Both the position numbers and the translations under genes were made by a program. Below the pieces are notes generated by a model. The model did not search any database. It was given only the letters and a program-made list of their open reading frames with translations, and was not told where the DNA came from. Below, piece after piece: positions 62,648 to 64,000 of a DNA stretch of 64,000 nt. Origin of the DNA: Rhodoferax sp. (lineage in GTDB: Bacteria > Pseudomonadota > Gammaproteobacteria > Burkholderiales > Burkholderiaceae_C). The stretch covers positions 9,882 to 73,881 of the forward strand of contig NZ_JADMJN010000013.1 of NCBI RefSeq assembly GCF_018780565.1, written 5' to 3'. Position 1 is the first letter of the stretch; every line of letters begins with the position of its first letter.

Positions 62648-62967
62648 GGTGCGTCCCGGCACATTGTGCCAGGCAGGCTCTACGGGTTGCACCCCGAGCC
62701 AGGCTGCGCCCGTCTCGGCCATTCGGCTTCGATCCCTCACGCCTCCGGCCTTTTGGGCCTGCGCGCTGCGCTTGCCGTAAGGCGGTGGTGCTGGGTGTGT
62801 GGGTCTGGCTTGCTGTTCCCTTCACCATATCACGGCGTTCTCGCTGTCAAGGTCTGCGCGCACGGTGTGCGCTTGCGTCCTGGCGGCCGTCTTTGAACCT
62901 GTGACAACTGCGCTGCGTCGTGCTGATGCCGGTCTCGGGCAATCCCGCCCGATGCACGGAGCTGACC
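62648..62967 (+). repeat. structured leader repeat, copy A (upstream of radC)
   Basis: It aligns along ~320 nt with copy B at 63655-63983; I estimate about 70 percent identity by eye. Shared blocks are GCGTCCCGGC, GATCCCT(C/G)ACGCCTC, CTGCGCTTGCC, CACGGCG..CTCGC.GTCAAGG.CTGCGCGC, GGGCAAT.CCGCCCGA, and GGAG 7-9 nt before the ATG. Confidence 0.8.
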
Positions 62968-63498
62968 ATGTCGCACGATCTCTTTTCTTCTTTCGCTTCT
63001 TTCGATTCCTCCACTTCTTCTGTCCTTCTCGTTCGTGACGTGGCGGGCGACTACCGTCAGGTTGATGCCGACGAGGTGCTGCAGGCTGCGCAGCAGGTGT
63101 TGCTGGGTCGGGTGCGTGGTAGTGATGTGCTGGCTTCGCCGCAGGCGGTGCGCGATTTCTTGCGGGTCAAACTGGGGACGCTGGAGCATGAGGTGTTCGC
63201 GGTGGTGCATCTGGATACGCAGAACCGCGTCATTGGATACGTCGAAATGTTTCGCGGCACGGTGAGCCAGACATCGGTCTATCCCCGAGAGGTGGTAAAG
63301 GAATCCATGATGCACAACTCGGCGGCCTTGCTGCTGGTGCACAACCACCCGAGTGGTTCGACCCAGCCGTCCCGGGCCGATGAACATCTGACGCAGACGT
63401 TGAAGGCAGCGCTGTCGTTGGTGGACGTGCGGGTGCTGGATCACCTGATCGTCGCGGGCAGTGACATCCTGTCGATGGCCGAACGCGGGCTGATGTGA
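62968..63498 (+). CDS. radC: RadC-like JAB/MPN domain protein
   Basis: JAMM motif LLLVHNHPSGSTQPSRADEHLT. The ATG at 62968 is preceded by GGAG. Confidence 0.9.
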   Translation: MSHDLFSSFASFDSSTSSVLLVRDVAGDYRQVDADEVLQAAQQVLLGRVRGSDVLASPQAVRDFLRVKLGTLEHEVFAVVHLDTQNRVIGYVEMFRGTVSQTSVYPREVVKESMMHNSAALLLVHNHPSGSTQPSRADEHLTQTLKAALSLVDVRVLDHLIVAGSDILSMAERGLM

Positions 63499-63502
63499 CC
63501 CA

Positions 63503-63521
63503 GGGGCTTTGCCCCTTTTTT
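63503..63521 (+). terminator. rho-independent terminator after radC
   Basis: GGGGC-TTT-GCCCC is followed by TTTTTT, starting 5 nt after the stop codon. Confidence 0.8.
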
Positions 63522-63654
63522 GCTTCGCCCTTGGTGCAGGGGAAAGACTGCGCGCTGTGCGTGCCCTCCAGGGGTGGATTCTCTCGTGAAAGGGCATGTC
63601 GACCACGCGTCACAACGGCACCGAGCAATGTTTTTGCCCCAGGGCTTGAGAGAA

Positions 63655-63983
63655 GGTGTGGCGTCCCGGCGTTGCCGCCGTCGGGCTCGCGGGCGTTGCC
63701 CCACGCCTCGTGTCGAGTCGCGGCCATGTGGCTTTGATCCCTGACGCCTCTGGCCTCTACTTCGTTCCCGGCCTGCGCACTGCGCTTGCCCATGCGTGAC
63801 TTCGATGAAGGTGGGTTGGGCGGTCTTGCTGTGTCCCTTTACCGTACCACGGCGTGCTCGCCGTCAAGGGCTGCGCGCCTCTGGCGCTTGCGGCCCGTGG
63901 CCGTCTGCGACCCCTGACTGCTTGCGCTGCGCCGTGCTGGCGTCGGTTCCGGGCAATTCCGCCCGAGTAACCGGAGAGCAACC
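63655..63983 (+). repeat. structured leader repeat, copy B (upstream of next gene)
   Basis: Paralogue of 62648-62967. It ends at an ATG (63984) preceded by GGAGAG, in the same relative position as the radC start in copy A. Confidence 0.8.
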
Positions 63984-64000
63984 ATGAACGACAAATCACA
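63984..64000 (+). CDS. start of an unidentified gene truncated by the window end (MNDKS...)
   Basis: The ATG sits in the same position relative to leader copy B as the radC ATG does relative to copy A. RBS is GGAGAG. Only 5 codons are visible. Confidence 0.35.

Larger units (their letters stand above)
44981..64000. mobile_element. integrative genomic island (possibly ICE-derived) inserted next to tRNA-Phe; right end outside window
   Basis: A P4-type integrase starts 170 nt from the tRNA 3' end and is followed by an AlpA-like gene and several defence modules. radC and its repeated leaders resemble mobile-element backbone. Intergenic spacers are visibly more AT-rich than the core. Confidence 0.75.

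Noticed and set aside
62464-63038. ORFs 62464-62904, 62612-62896 and 62799-63038 (and 63796-63987 in the second repeat).
   Set aside because: They are Arg/Cys/Ala-rich with no RBS and lie inside the duplicated leader elements. Similarity between the copies is explained at the nucleotide level. I treat them as non-coding, though a small conserved peptide is not formally excluded.

Overview
This is a high-GC betaproteobacterial chromosome segment; a Burkholderiales/Comamonadaceae-like origin is my inference from protein sequences and gene order. Positions 1-44.9 kb are ordinary core genome. In order they hold: the 3' end of rpe; an outer-membrane barrel plus a tri-haem lipoprotein and a FecR-like protein; a complete type II secretion cluster (gspC-like divergent, then gspGHIJKLMN-DEF); DUF1993 and MAPEG genes; gph; an outer-membrane barrel; a methyl-accepting chemotaxis protein; a chalcone-isomerase-like protein; trpE-trpG-trpD-(small ORF)-trpC; ung; the classical tRNA(Tyr-Gly-Thr)-tuf-tRNA(Trp)-secE-nusG-rplKAJL-rpoBC block; lemA-rsmB-DUF4390-histidine kinase-response regulator; and tRNA-Phe. 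From the 3' end of tRNA-Phe (44.98 kb) to the window end lies an integrative island. It opens with a P4-type tyrosine integrase and an AlpA-like regulator. It then carries stacked anti-phage modules: an AAA+ ATPase / S8 protease pair (Iet-like); an orphan HNH protein; a four-gene Thoeris locus (SIR2-SLOG ThsA plus three TIR-type ThsB); a Hachiman-like DUF1837 plus large helicase pair; and a 789-aa protein with an unrecognisable N-terminal region fused to an Mrr-type nuclease. The island continues into backbone-like DNA, where radC and the next gene are each preceded by a paralogous ~320-bp structured leader repeat. The right end of the island is not in the window. I saw no rRNA, CRISPR array or transposase. 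The most novel candidates are the 789-aa Mrr fusion downstream of hamB, the orphan HNH protein, and the repeated structured leaders. All calls come from reading the translations and the DNA; no database search was run.
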